From Chloroflexia bacterium (GTDB taxonomy: Bacteria; Chloroflexota; Chloroflexia; QHBQ01; JADMIH01), in contig DAOTTC010000088.1 in the NCBI GenBank assembly GCA_034437815.1, forward strand, positions 9,371 through 73,370: DNA of 64,000 nucleotides, written 5' to 3'. Positions 19,846 through 29,819 of the stretch are shown here, in pieces. The translations under genes and the position numbers were made by a program. The notes below the pieces were generated by a model. It saw nothing but the letters and a program-made list of their open reading frames with translations. It had not been told where the DNA came from and did not search any database. Each line of letters starts with the position of its first letter. Positions within the stretch are counted from its first letter, which is position 1.

Positions 19846-20772
19846 TCAGCATGCATGCACCTGCCGGTTGCCTGCGATGAAAGCCTGTAGATATCTGCTT
19901 GCCGGTTGCCTGCCCAGCATGTCGAGGATGTACAGCGAGGCTCGTGCCACCGACTCCGCATCCACACCCGTCTCTATGCCCATGCCGTGTAGCATATACA
20001 GCAGGTCCTCGGTCGCCAGATTTCCCGATGCCCCCGGCGCGTAGGGGCACCCGCCCAGACCGCCTGATGACGCATCTATGGTTGTGATACCCGTTTGCAA
20101 GGCCGCCAGCACGTTGGCAAGGGCCGTGCCCCGCGTATCGTGGAAGTGCATAGCCAGCGCGTCTAGCGGCACGTCACCCTGCAACAGTTCCATCAACTCG
20201 TAGACTTGATTGGGTGTGCCCACGCCTATGGTGTCGCCGAGAGACACCTGCCACACCCCCAACTCCAACAGGGCCAGCGTGACCGCACGCACCCGCTCCG
20301 GTGGCACCGTGCCCTCGTAAGGGCACCCGAAGGCCGTGCTCACGTAGCCGCGCACCTTCACGCCGTGCTGTTGGGCCAGCCTCATCACCGGCCTGAAGTT
20401 CTCCAGCGACTGCTGGACGGTCATGTTGATGTTGGCAAGGGTGAAGCTTTCGGAGGCTGCGGTGAACACGGCTACATCGGTGGCCCCGGCTTCGAGGGCG
20501 CGCACCATGCCTTTTTCGTTGGGCACCAGCACAGGATAGCGCACACCTTCGATGCGCTTTATGCCGCGCATCACTTCGGCGGCGTCGGCGAGCTGAGGCA
20601 CCGCGCGCGGGCTGACAAACGAGGTAACCTCGATAAATCTCAGACCGGTCTGGCTGAGGTAGTTGATGTACTGTATCTTGGCCTCGGTGGGCACCGGGTG
20701 CGCTTCGTTTTGCAGGCCGTCGCGCGGCCCGACCTCGTATACAGTCACGCGCTTCGGATACGCAGTTGCCAT
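19846..20772 (-). CDS. liuE: hydroxymethylglutaryl-CoA lyase
   Basis: EVGPRDGLQNE, SLGDTIGVGTP, HFHDTRGTALAN, GGLGGCPYAPGASGNLATED; ATG at 20772 after AGGAGG. Confidence 0.95.
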   Translation of the reverse strand: MATAYPKRVTVYEVGPRDGLQNEAHPVPTEAKIQYINYLSQTGLRFIEVTSFVSPRAVPQLADAAEVMRGIKRIEGVRYPVLVPNEKGMVRALEAGATDVAVFTAASESFTLANINMTVQQSLENFRPVMRLAQQHGVKVRGYVSTAFGCPYEGTVPPERVRAVTLALLELGVWQVSLGDTIGVGTPNQVYELMELLQGDVPLDALAMHFHDTRGTALANVLAALQTGITTIDASSGGLGGCPYAPGASGNLATEDLLYMLHGMGIETGVDAESVARASLYILDMLGRQPASRYLQAFIAGNRQVHAC

Positions 20773-20788
20773 GCTCCACCTCCTGCTC

Positions 20789-22861
20789 TCACTCATCACC
20801 CGCCTTCTCCAGTTCAACCAGCACATCTCCCGCCGATACTTGATCGCCCTCGCGATAATAGACGCGAGCCACCCTGCCTGCATGGGGGGCGCGCACGGTG
20901 AACTCCATCTTCATAGCCTCGATGATGACGAGTGGCTGTTGCTCTTCCACCGGCTGGCCCTCCGAGGCGAGTACCTTGAGCACCTTACCCGGCATGGGGC
21001 TTTGCAGGCTTTCCTCCCCCCGCAGGTGTATGGCGCGGGACAGGCGATCGGTGGACAGGGGCGGCATATGCGTCACCCTGTATTCGCGCCCACCCCGCCG
21101 CACGATTATCACCCCATCTCCCTGCCTGACGTACCTGATGGTATAGAGCGGGCCGTGCTTGTCGAGGCGCATTTGCACGCTCGGCCCGGCGACCGGCGTG
21201 CCGTCGCTACCAATGTGCTCGCCCGATGGGCTTGACGACAAGCTCAGTTCCACCACACCCTCGTAAACAGGCTCCCCGGCCAGCACACTGGCTCGCCAGC
21301 TATCAGGCTCGCCGGCCACCCCCGACAACACTACCTCATAGGGTCGCCCTTCGACCATTAGCCGGGCCGAGAGTTGTTGGCGGGCCAGCCTCCAGCCCGT
21401 GTGCGCCCATACATCGGGTCGGTTGGAGTTGCTGCTCCTGACGGCGTCGGAAGGGTCCAGCAGGAAGGCCGCCGCAGCGGCCAGAGGCACTTCCACAGGC
21501 ACGCGGGCCATGTCTTCAGGCCGGAAATGCCGTGCTATGAACGTGGTCGTGGTGTTGCCTGCCAGCACTTGGGGGTGGGCCACCAGCCATCTCAAGAAAT
21601 GGAGGTTAGTGGTCGGCCCCTCGATCTCGATCTGGCTGAGGGCGTCCTGCAACTTCCTGAACGCCAAGAGGCGAGTCTCGCCCTCTGCAATCACCTTGGC
21701 GATCATCGGATCGTAATATGGAGAGATGGCATCGCCTTCAGTGACGCCGGTGTCCACACGTATATGCCGGTCGGTCGTGGGCAGGCGGAAGCGCTGTAGC
21801 GTGCCGGTGGCGGGGAGGAAACCTGTGGCGGGGTCCTCGGCGTACAGCCGCACCTCCACGGCGTGTCCGCGCAGTTGTACATCGGGTTGGTCGAGCCACA
21901 GGGGTTCGCCTGCCGCTATGCGCAGTTGTGCCTCAACCAAATCGATGCCGGTGACCTGCTCGGTGACCGGGTGCTCCACCTGAAGGCGCGTGTTCATCTC
22001 CAGAAAGTAGAAGTCGCCCTGCTCGTACACAAACTCCACGGTGCCGGCGTTGGTGTAGCCCACCGCTTTAGCCAATGCCAGCGCGGCCTGCGCCATGCGC
22101 TCGCGAAGTGTCTCGTCCACCGCAGGCGAGGGGCATTCCTCCAAGACCTTTTGGTGCCGCCTCTGGATGGAGCACTCGCGCTCGCCCAGATGTATCAGTG
22201 TGCCGTACTGGTCTCCGAGCACCTGAACCTCGATATGGCGTGGTTCGGTGAGATACTTCTCCAGCATCACTGTATCGTCTCCGAAGGCGGCCAGCGCCTC
22301 GCGCCGCGCGCCCTCCAACTCTTCATCGAACCGGTCAGGGGCGTTCACCACGCGCATACCTTTGCCCCCGCCGCCCGCCGAAGCTTTGATCAGCACGGGA
22401 TAGCCGATCCGCTCGGCTTCAGCACGCAATCTATCGGGCGATTGGTCGTCCCCGAAGTAGCCGGGCACCACAGGCACCCCGTGCTGCTCGGCCAGACGCT
22501 TGGCTTGGATTTTGGACCCCATAAGCGCGATAGCCCGCGGCGGCGGGCCGACCCATGCCAACCCTGCGTCCATAACTGCCTGCGCGAAGTCGGCGTTTTC
22601 GGCCAGAAACCCATATCCGGGATGGATGGCATCACAGCCCGCCCGTGTGGCAACTTCAATGATGCGGTCACCGCGTAGGTAGCTGTCGGTGGCGGGCGCG
22701 GAGCCTATGTGGTAGGCCTCGTCGCATACGCGTGTGTGCAAAGCGCGCGCATCGGCATCTGAGTACACAGCAACCGTGCCAATGCCCAGACGGGCACAGG
22801 TTCTGGCGATGCGCACGGCGATTTCCCCTCGATTGGCTATCAATAGCTTCTTGAACGGCAT
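20789..22861 (-). CDS. liuD: 3-methylcrotonyl-CoA carboxylase alpha (biotin carboxylase + BCCP)
   Basis: Full BC motifs plus C-terminal SPMPGKV...EAMKME; lies within the liu cluster. Confidence 0.92.
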   Translation of the reverse strand: MPFKKLLIANRGEIAVRIARTCARLGIGTVAVYSDADARALHTRVCDEAYHIGSAPATDSYLRGDRIIEVATRAGCDAIHPGYGFLAENADFAQAVMDAGLAWVGPPPRAIALMGSKIQAKRLAEQHGVPVVPGYFGDDQSPDRLRAEAERIGYPVLIKASAGGGGKGMRVVNAPDRFDEELEGARREALAAFGDDTVMLEKYLTEPRHIEVQVLGDQYGTLIHLGERECSIQRRHQKVLEECPSPAVDETLRERMAQAALALAKAVGYTNAGTVEFVYEQGDFYFLEMNTRLQVEHPVTEQVTGIDLVEAQLRIAAGEPLWLDQPDVQLRGHAVEVRLYAEDPATGFLPATGTLQRFRLPTTDRHIRVDTGVTEGDAISPYYDPMIAKVIAEGETRLLAFRKLQDALSQIEIEGPTTNLHFLRWLVAHPQVLAGNTTTTFIARHFRPEDMARVPVEVPLAAAAAFLLDPSDAVRSSNSNRPDVWAHTGWRLARQQLSARLMVEGRPYEVVLSGVAGEPDSWRASVLAGEPVYEGVVELSLSSSPSGEHIGSDGTPVAGPSVQMRLDKHGPLYTIRYVRQGDGVIIVRRGGREYRVTHMPPLSTDRLSRAIHLRGEESLQSPMPGKVLKVLASEGQPVEEQQPLVIIEAMKMEFTVRAPHAGRVARVYYREGDQVSAGDVLVELEKAGDE

Positions 22862-23655
22862 CACTCGACCCACCTTGGTCGGCGCTTCTCGATAAAGGCC
22901 CGCAATCCCTCCTGCCCCTCCTCGCCCACGCGCAGAGACGCGATGGTGCGTGCCGTGTACATCATGACCTCGTGTGGGGGCAGACCGGGCACTGTGGCGA
23001 TCAGCTCTTTGGCGCGCACTACAGCTGTGGGCGCGCTGGACTTCAACTCTTTGAGCACGCGCTCCACCTCTTCATCGAGGTGGTCGGGAGGTACCACTAC
23101 ATGCACCAGCCCGATGCGGGCCGCGCGGTCCGCATCGAATCGCTCGGCGGTCAGGAACAGCGCTCTGGCGTGGCCCCGCCCTATTTTAGCCAGCACATAA
23201 GGGGATATGACTGCGGGGATAATGCCCAGCTTGGCCTCGGAGAAGGCGAAGCGTGCATCTTGGGCGGCCACCACGACGTCGCACACGGCCACCAACCCTA
23301 CCCCGCCGCCCAGCGCCAGTCCGTGAACGCGCCCCACCACCGGTACCGGACAGCGGTTGATGGTGTCGAACATGCGGGCCATGCTCAGGGCGTCCTGCAC
23401 ATTGTCTTCTTCTGTCATGTTGAGACTGGCGCGCATCCAGTTCACGTCTGCGCCAGCGCAGAAGCTTGGGCCTTCACCGGCCAGCACCACGGCACGTATC
23501 TCGCCGGGGCTGTGGTCGCTCACCTCTTCGAACGCCGAGCGCAGCTCCTCGATAAGCTCAGCGTTGAAGGCATTGTGCACCTCCGGCCTGCTGAGGGTAA
23601 CCCGGCATATCCGGTCTTGGGCTGTCAGTTTGAGGTGTTTGTACGGAGTCGCCAT
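22861..23655 (-). CDS. liuC: methylglutaconyl-CoA hydratase (enoyl-CoA hydratase family)
   Basis: LSRPEVHNAFN, FCAGADVNWM, ALGGGVGLVAVCD, FSEAKLGIIPAVISPYV. Confidence 0.92.
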   Translation of the reverse strand: MATPYKHLKLTAQDRICRVTLSRPEVHNAFNAELIEELRSAFEEVSDHSPGEIRAVVLAGEGPSFCAGADVNWMRASLNMTEEDNVQDALSMARMFDTINRCPVPVVGRVHGLALGGGVGLVAVCDVVVAAQDARFAFSEAKLGIIPAVISPYVLAKIGRGHARALFLTAERFDADRAARIGLVHVVVPPDHLDEEVERVLKELKSSAPTAVVRAKELIATVPGLPPHEVMMYTARTIASLRVGEEGQEGLRAFIEKRRPRWVE

Positions 23656-23728
23656 TGTCTCCTTCTCCATGCACATGCGCTCTATTGAGAGAGCAGAGCA
23701 TTACGCTGTCGGCTAGCGTGCCGGGAGG

Positions 23729-25336
23729 TCACATCCTGAACACACCGAATCTGGTGTCGGGGATGTGAGCATTGAGGGCCGCCGAGATGCCCAGCGCCAG
23801 CACGGTGCGCGTGTCCACGGGGTCAATGATGCCGTCGTCCCACAGGCGGGCGGTGGAATAATATGGGTTGCCCTCGGCCTCGTACTTTTCGAGGATGGGG
23901 TGCATGAACTCCTCCTGCTCTTCAGGCGTCATATCCCTGCCAGCTGCACGCAGGTTGTCCAACCGCACAGTAAGCAGCACGTTGGCGGCCTGTTGTCCGC
24001 CCATCACCGATATGCGGGCGTTGGGCCACATCCACAACTGCCTTGGCTCGTAGGCACGCCCACACATCGCGTAGTTGCCTGCTCCGAACGACCCGCCGAT
24101 GATCACCGTGAACTTAGGCACCTGCGCAGTAGCCACAGCGGTGACCATCTTGGCCCCGTCTTTGGCTATGCCTTTGTTTTCGTATTCGCGACCCACCATG
24201 AAGCCCGTGATATTTTGCAGGAACACGATAGGCACGCGTCGCTGAGCGCAAAGCTCGATGAAGTGGGTGCCCTTGAGGGCGCTTTCCGAGAACAAAATAC
24301 CGTTGTTGGCGATGATGCCCACCGGAAATCCCATGATGCGGGCGAAGCCGCACACCAGCGTGGTACCATACAGCGCCTTGAACTCGTGGAAGCGCGAGCC
24401 GTCCACTATTCTAGCGATAATTTCGCGCACGTCATAAGGTCTGCGGGGGTCGCTCTCCACAATACCGTATATCTCCATGGGGTCGTATAGCGGCGGTTCG
24501 GGGGGCAGTACGTCCCACGGGTAGTGCTTGCGTCGATGCAGGTTGGCAACGATGTCGCGGGTGATGGCGAGGGCGTGCTCGTCGTCCATGGCGTAGTGGT
24601 CGGTGACCCCGCTTACGCGGCTGTGCACGTCGGCCCCGCCCAATTCTTCGGCGCTTACCTCTTCGCCAGTGGCGGCTTTGACGAGGGGCGGCCCGCCGAG
24701 GAATATGGTGCCCGTGCCGCGCACGATCACCGTCTCGTCAGACATAGCGGGCACATAGGCGCCACCCGCCGTGCAGGACCCCATGACCACGGCGATCTGC
24801 GGTATGCCTTTGGCCGACATGCGGGCCTGATTGTAGAAGATGCGCCCGAAATGGTCTTTGTCGGGGAACACCTCGGCCTGCAATGGCAGGAAGGCCCCGC
24901 CCGAATCCACCAGATAGATGCAGGGCAGATGGTTTTGCTCGGCTATCTCTTGAGCGCGCAGGTGCTTTTTGACGGTGATGGGATAGTAAGTGCCGCCTTT
25001 GACGGTAGCGTCGTTGGCTACTATCATGCATTCCTGCGCGCACACCACGCCGATGCCTGTGATGATACCCGCACCGGGGGCCTCGCCGTTATACATATCC
25101 CATGCAGCTAGGGGCGAAAGCTCCAGAAAGGAAGTACCCGCATCCAGCAGGCGCTCCACCCGCTCGCGTGCCAGCATTTTGCCGCGCGCTCGATGTTTTG
25201 CGATGGCGTCCGCGCCTCCGCCCTGACGCACTACGGCCAGCCGCTCGTGCAGCTCGGCCACGAGCTGCACCATATGAGCGTGGTTGGATTTGAACTGCTC
25301 AGAACGGGCGTCAACGTGAGATTTGATAGTGGACAT
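23729..25336 (-). CDS. liuB: 3-methylcrotonyl-CoA carboxylase beta (carboxyltransferase)
   Basis: [58 protein letters not shown] terminus. Confidence 0.96.
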   Translation of the reverse strand: MSTIKSHVDARSEQFKSNHAHMVQLVAELHERLAVVRQGGGADAIAKHRARGKMLARERVERLLDAGTSFLELSPLAAWDMYNGEAPGAGIITGIGVVCAQECMIVANDATVKGGTYYPITVKKHLRAQEIAEQNHLPCIYLVDSGGAFLPLQAEVFPDKDHFGRIFYNQARMSAKGIPQIAVVMGSCTAGGAYVPAMSDETVIVRGTGTIFLGGPPLVKAATGEEVSAEELGGADVHSRVSGVTDHYAMDDEHALAITRDIVANLHRRKHYPWDVLPPEPPLYDPMEIYGIVESDPRRPYDVREIIARIVDGSRFHEFKALYGTTLVCGFARIMGFPVGIIANNGILFSESALKGTHFIELCAQRRVPIVFLQNITGFMVGREYENKGIAKDGAKMVTAVATAQVPKFTVIIGGSFGAGNYAMCGRAYEPRQLWMWPNARISVMGGQQAANVLLTVRLDNLRAAGRDMTPEEQEEFMHPILEKYEAEGNPYYSTARLWDDGIIDPVDTRTVLALGISAALNAHIPDTRFGVFRM

Positions 25337-25378
25337 GAACTCTTGTGACGTATATGCTTCTGGCTCGCAAAACCATAT

Positions 25379-25411
25379 CAGACCTCCGGTAGGCCATCCA
25401 CCGGAGGTCTG
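25379..25411 (-). terminator. hairpin downstream of ferredoxin, probable terminator
   Basis: CAGACCTCCGGT-N9-ACCGGAGGTCTG, a 12-bp stem; weak U-tract. Confidence 0.55.
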
Positions 25412-25482
25412 TCATTCCCATGAACCATGGTATTCAGCGATAGTTGGCACCGGGGTGCGTGCCTGTCGGACCATGCGGCTAA

Positions 25483-25740
25483 CTACTGGAAGAACTCGCG
25501 GTTCTTGGCGATGTATTCGACGTATTCCTCGGGCACGTCATCTTCTGGGTAGATGGCGTTCACCGGGCATTCGGGTTCACAGGCCCCGCAGTCTATGCAC
25601 TCATCTGGGTTGATGTACAGCTGGGGCGCTTCATCGAAACCGGGTTCGTCTTTGCGGGGGTGTATGCAGTCCACCGGGCAGACGTCCACGCAGGCCGTGT
25701 CCTTGACGCCTATGCATGGCTCGGTGATCACGTAGGTCAT
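25483..25740 (-). CDS. fdxA: 7Fe-type (FdA-like) ferredoxin
   Basis: [26 protein letters not shown]...[16 protein letters not shown]. Confidence 0.95.
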   Translation of the reverse strand: MTYVITEPCIGVKDTACVDVCPVDCIHPRKDEPGFDEAPQLYINPDECIDCGACEPECPVNAIYPEDDVPEEYVEYIAKNREFFQ

Positions 25741-25811
25741 CGTTGATGTTTCCTCCTCTCAGGAAATGCGTTGTCGCACAACGCATCGCCAGTATCTTCT
25801 CGTTTGAGACC

Positions 25812-25839
25812 ATTATACAACGGGCGTCCTGCGTGTCAA
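25812..25839 (-). promoter_or_regulatory. sigma70 promoter of fdxA
   Basis: TTGACA-16 nt-TATAAT, perfect hexamers. Confidence 0.75.
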
Positions 25840-25872
25840 GTACCGGCCTGTGGAACCCCCGACTTGCCTTCA

Positions 25873-25901
25873 TTGACACTACCTTAATATAGTGCTATAC
25901 A
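25873..25901 (+). promoter_or_regulatory. sigma70 promoter upstream of candidate 6S RNA / ACT gene
   Basis: TTGACA-17 nt-TATACA. Confidence 0.65.
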
Positions 25902-25906
25902 TGGGT

Positions 25907-26081
25907 GTGCAGGAGTGTGCAGGCCGTACTGGCTCCGAACCCGTTTACAGATAGAATGTCCTGCCAGACTGCCGTGTGTGCTCGGTCGGTCGCTCCGCAA
26001 GGCCGAGTGGGTGGTGAGTATGCCCTCGGAGAGCTGGGAAGCGCATGACCGTGCGCTGTGCGGCGGGCGCACATCCTGCTC
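25907..26081 (+). ncRNA. ssrS: probable 6S RNA
   Basis: ~175 nt starting at the predicted TSS. The ends pair (GCAGGAGTGTGC/GCACATCCTGC; GCCGTAC/GTGCGGC), with an A/U-rich central bubble, an apical stem CTCGGTC/GGCCGAG and a small 3' hairpin GCGCAT-GACC-GTGCGC. No covariance search was run. Confidence 0.55.
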
Positions 26082-26115
26082 GGTCGTCGGGCCCATATAA
26101 CAGGAGGGTAGGAAA

Positions 26116-26529
26116 ATGCCAGTAGGTACAGCTTTGCGTGTGCGTTTGCCGAACCGCCCCGGAGAGCTTGCCCGTGTGGCGGGGCAACTCGGCAACGCCG
26201 GCGTGAACATCCAGAGCGTAGCGGGCGTGGTAAGCGACGATGAAGGTGTAGTAGAGTTGATGGCCGACGATTTAGACCGTGCCGCCGCCGTGCTTCAAGA
26301 CGCAGGTGTTTCCGTACAGCGAGTGCAGGTGCTCGTGCAACCTGTATCCGAGCGCTTCGCCAGCACCCCCGGCACTCTCGCTCAGGCGGCGGGGGCATTG
26401 GCGGCGGAAGGCATCAACATCGAATCGATCTACCTGCTGCCCGGCGGACCTACGGGCGTACAGGTCGTGTTGGGCTGTGACCGGCCGGAGAGAGCCGAGC
26501 AGTTAGTCTCTCCAATGGCTATGGCCTGA
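26116..26529 (+). CDS. ACT domain-containing protein (two ACT repeats)
   Basis: LPNRPGELARVAGQLGNAGVNIQS and STPGTLAQAAGALAAEGINIES. Confidence 0.88.
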   Translation: MPVGTALRVRLPNRPGELARVAGQLGNAGVNIQSVAGVVSDDEGVVELMADDLDRAAAVLQDAGVSVQRVQVLVQPVSERFASTPGTLAQAAGALAAEGINIESIYLLPGGPTGVQVVLGCDRPERAEQLVSPMAMA

Positions 26530-26591
26530 TGCCGTGCGGGTGGCGAGCGTGTGTGCAGGGCGGCAAATTTGTATCGGCTTGGAGAATTTTC

Positions 26592-27110
26592 ATGCCCATG
26601 GACGACCCTTCTGTGCCAGACCGACGCACTATTGACGTGCTTGTAGAGATACCTCGCGGAAGCCGCAACAAATATGAGTATGACCACAAGCGCGGCCGCA
26701 TCCGCTTGGACCGCGTGCTCTATTCCTCCGTGCACTATCCCACAGACTACGGCCTAATCCCGGAAACGCTCTCGCTCGACGGCGACGAACTAGATGCGCT
26801 GGTCATGGTGGAGGAACCTACCTTCCCGGGCTGTCTGGTAGTTGCCCGCCCCATTGGGGTGTTGCTCATGGCGGATGAGAAAGGTGAGGATGCCAAGATA
26901 CTGGCTGTGCCCGAATCAGACCCTCGCTTCGACTCCATCAAAGAGCTATCCGATCTAGCCCCTCACTGGCTCCGCGAGATAGAGAACTTCTTCGCCAGCT
27001 ACAAGCGCCTTGAAGACCGCGATACCGAGCTTAAGGGTTGGGACGGGCGTGACGCTGCATGGCGCATCATTGAAGAGGCACGCAGCCTGTACCACCGGCA
27101 CCGCAGCTAG
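26592..27110 (+). CDS. ppa: soluble inorganic pyrophosphatase (family I)
   Basis: EIPRGSRNKYE, LDRVLYSSVHYPTDYG, DGDELDALV, GEDAKILAV; start after GGAGA. Confidence 0.95.
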   Translation: MPMDDPSVPDRRTIDVLVEIPRGSRNKYEYDHKRGRIRLDRVLYSSVHYPTDYGLIPETLSLDGDELDALVMVEEPTFPGCLVVARPIGVLLMADEKGEDAKILAVPESDPRFDSIKELSDLAPHWLREIENFFASYKRLEDRDTELKGWDGRDAAWRIIEEARSLYHRHRS

Positions 27111-27122
27111 GGCTGATTCCAT

Positions 27123-27158
27123 GGCGCACATGGGGGCGCACGTGGGGGCGCACGTGGG
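27123..27158. repeat. 3 x 12-nt tandem repeat
   Basis: GGCGCACATGGG GGCGCACGTGGG GGCGCACGTGGG. Confidence 0.8.
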
Positions 27159-27422
27159 ACGATAATCCGCGAGGGTACGTGGTGGACGACCAGTCCTCCT
27201 TCCCGTACCCACCTTCGCGCGCTTCACGCCCAGTCTGTTCAGCCCCAACCCCCATGAATCATGAATGCGTGCTGGCTCCCCCTACATGGCTAACCGGCGC
27301 CAGTACTATCTTGCCGTTGCGGGGGCCATCCCATTGGCTGTACAATCTGGGGTGTGCAACCGGGATGGTGGTTGTTCGTCAACATAGTGTACAGCTGAAT
27401 ACCCTGACACCTTCACCTTGTT

Positions 27423-29819
27423 GTGAGGATGCCCATGCGGAACTTTCACAGCCCTGTTACACGCACTCCGGTGCGCGCGTCCCGGTCATGCGCGCCGGTC
27501 GGGTACATGTATGCCGCAATTGCGCTGACGTGTGTAGCGTTGATGGTGGTGGTGAGCGGCGGTGCGGCGCACGCAGAGGATGGCGCGGCCAAGGGCCGGC
27601 TTGGATCGGGTGACCCCACCGGCGCGGCCGCGCAGGCCACACCGACTACGATGCCCACCTTGCCGTCCACCCCCATTAGTGGGGCGCCGGCCGATCAGAT
27701 GGTCGCTGCCAGCTTCGAGATGGCCTCGCGCCACTGGGGCGTGCCTGTGCAGGTGCTGATGGCCGTCGGCTATGTGGAATCGCGTTGGGAACAGCGCAGT
27801 GGCGAGCCGTCCCTTGACAACGGCTATGGCATCATGCACCTGCGTGAGGGTGCAGGTGGCACCCTGCGGCGGGCATCGGAACTGACGGGCCTGCCGGAGG
27901 TCTATCTCCGGGTGTACGTCGCAGCAAACATCGAGGGGGGAGCCGCGGTCTTGAGCGACATATCCCGCAAGCTCCACCCAGCAAACCCAGACACCAACCA
28001 CAGAGACCTCACAGACTGGTATGACGTGGTGGCCGAGTATTCTGGCGCAACCGATCCATACGTCAAAGAAGCATACGCACAGGAAGTGTTCAAGGTAATA
28101 GCCGAGGGGCGCAGGGCCACGCTGTCCTCAGGCGAAGTGGTCGTTTTACCTCCCTCGAAAGTGGCCGGGTTACCCATTCCAGCAGGTGCGGCACCGTCCA
28201 GCGAAGACTACCCACCGGCTCGTTGGGTGCCAGCGCACCCCAATAACTATACGGTGGGCAGGCCGTTCGGCCCCCTGAGCTACGTGGTTATACACGTCAC
28301 CGAAGGCTCGTATTATTCGGCCATCTCATGGTTTCAAAACCCCAACTCCAACGTCAGCGCCCATTACGTCATACGCTCGTCCGATGGTGAAGTCACCCAG
28401 ATGGTGCGCGACACCGACACCGCCTACCATGCGGGCAACTGGACTTACAATGTCCGTTCCATAGGCATTGAGCACGAAGGCTATATAAATCAGCCTTCGT
28501 GGTTCACCGATGCCATGTACAGGTCCTCCGCGGCGCTCATGCGACACCTTGCCACACGCTACGGCATAAAGAAGGACCGCGCCCACATCATAGCCCACTC
28601 CGAAGTGCCGGGGGCAACCCACCGCGATCCCGGCCCGCACTGGAACTGGAATTATTACATGAGTCTGGTGCGTCAGGACTCCTTGCGGGCAGCTCTTGTG
28701 GACAACACCGATGCCAATTTCAGGCCGGTGCCTCCGGACATCACCCCGGAGAACTATTGGTGGGTATACACAGGTGGCTACAACGGCTCCAACACCTATG
28801 TCACCGGTTCGGTATCTCAACAGCAGTACAGCTACAACTCCGGAACATGGAGCACGCGCCTTGCCAATAGCGGCTATTACGACGTATACGCTTTTGTTCC
28901 CTATGTGGACAACAACACCCCCGACACCGCCAACGCGCGTTACAGGGTGAATACCGCATATGGGCAGCAGCTCGCCCCTACCAGCCAACAGGCTATCACG
29001 GACAGGGGCACGGGCGGTTGGGCTCACCTTGGCACCTTCTACTTCGCGAGCGGCACGGAGGCCAGCGTATATCTGGACGACTATACAGGGGAGGCTGGGC
29101 GCAACGTGTGGTTTGATGCAGTCATGTGGATCCCGGCAGTTGAAGGTCCGCCACCTCCGCCCCCGCCTTCTCCTACCCGCACCTCTACTCCCACCCGCAC
29201 TGCCACGCGTGCCCCCACGCGCACGCCTACCCCAATACCCACCGCTACCCCGTCCCCAACGCCCGACTGGACCCCCGGTCCATGCGGCATGCGCTTCAGC
29301 GACCTGCCTGATACCCACTGGGCGTACCAACACATCGCCTATATCTATTGCCGAGGCGTGATCTCAGGGTACGCGGACGGCACATTCCGCCCAGACGCGG
29401 GCAGCACCCGGGGCCAGTTCGCCAAAATGCTGGTGTTGGCTATGGGCTGGTCCCCCTATGTGCCGCAGTACCCCAGCTTCAGTGATGTACCACCCGATAA
29501 CCCCTTCTATCAGTATGTGGAGACGGCTTATGCATGGGGCGTGATAACAGGCTATGCGGATGGCACATTTCGCCCCATGGCTAACATCACCCGCGCCCAG
29601 ACGGCAAAGATGGTGGTGCTGGCCAAGCAGTGGCCCCCGCTCAACCCCCCACAGCCCACTTTCTGGGACGTGCCTTCCGACCACTGGGCCTATTCCTACG
29701 TAGAAACCGCTTCCAGCCGTGGCATTGTGGGTGGGTATGCAGACGGCTCTTTCCGCCCCGGCAACCTGCTGACACGAGCCCAGCTGTCGAAGATGCTGGC
29801 GCTGTGCATGCAAAACTAG
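27423..29819 (+). CDS. secreted cell-wall hydrolase: lysozyme/SLT-like domain + N-acetylmuramoyl-L-alanine amidase (Amidase_2) + golvesin-like domain + PT linker + 3 SLH
   Basis: Signal peptide ending AHA; VESRW..GYGIMHL; VIHVTEG, VSAHYVI, IGIEHEG, IAHSEV, HRDPG; PT-rich linker; three GY-DG-FRP..TR(G/A)Q SLH repeats. Confidence 0.9.
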   Translation: MRMPMRNFHSPVTRTPVRASRSCAPVGYMYAAIALTCVALMVVVSGGAAHAEDGAAKGRLGSGDPTGAAAQATPTTMPTLPSTPISGAPADQMVAASFEMASRHWGVPVQVLMAVGYVESRWEQRSGEPSLDNGYGIMHLREGAGGTLRRASELTGLPEVYLRVYVAANIEGGAAVLSDISRKLHPANPDTNHRDLTDWYDVVAEYSGATDPYVKEAYAQEVFKVIAEGRRATLSSGEVVVLPPSKVAGLPIPAGAAPSSEDYPPARWVPAHPNNYTVGRPFGPLSYVVIHVTEGSYYSAISWFQNPNSNVSAHYVIRSSDGEVTQMVRDTDTAYHAGNWTYNVRSIGIEHEGYINQPSWFTDAMYRSSAALMRHLATRYGIKKDRAHIIAHSEVPGATHRDPGPHWNWNYYMSLVRQDSLRAALVDNTDANFRPVPPDITPENYWWVYTGGYNGSNTYVTGSVSQQQYSYNSGTWSTRLANSGYYDVYAFVPYVDNNTPDTANARYRVNTAYGQQLAPTSQQAITDRGTGGWAHLGTFYFASGTEASVYLDDYTGEAGRNVWFDAVMWIPAVEGPPPPPPPSPTRTSTPTRTATRAPTRTPTPIPTATPSPTPDWTPGPCGMRFSDLPDTHWAYQHIAYIYCRGVISGYADGTFRPDAGSTRGQFAKMLVLAMGWSPYVPQYPSFSDVPPDNPFYQYVETAYAWGVITGYADGTFRPMANITRAQTAKMVVLAKQWPPLNPPQPTFWDVPSDHWAYSYVETASSRGIVGGYADGSFRPGNLLTRAQLSKMLALCMQN

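Noticed and set aside
29200-29270. Pro/Thr-coding repeats in the amidase and other secreted proteins
   Set aside because: These are ordinary low-complexity interdomain linkers.
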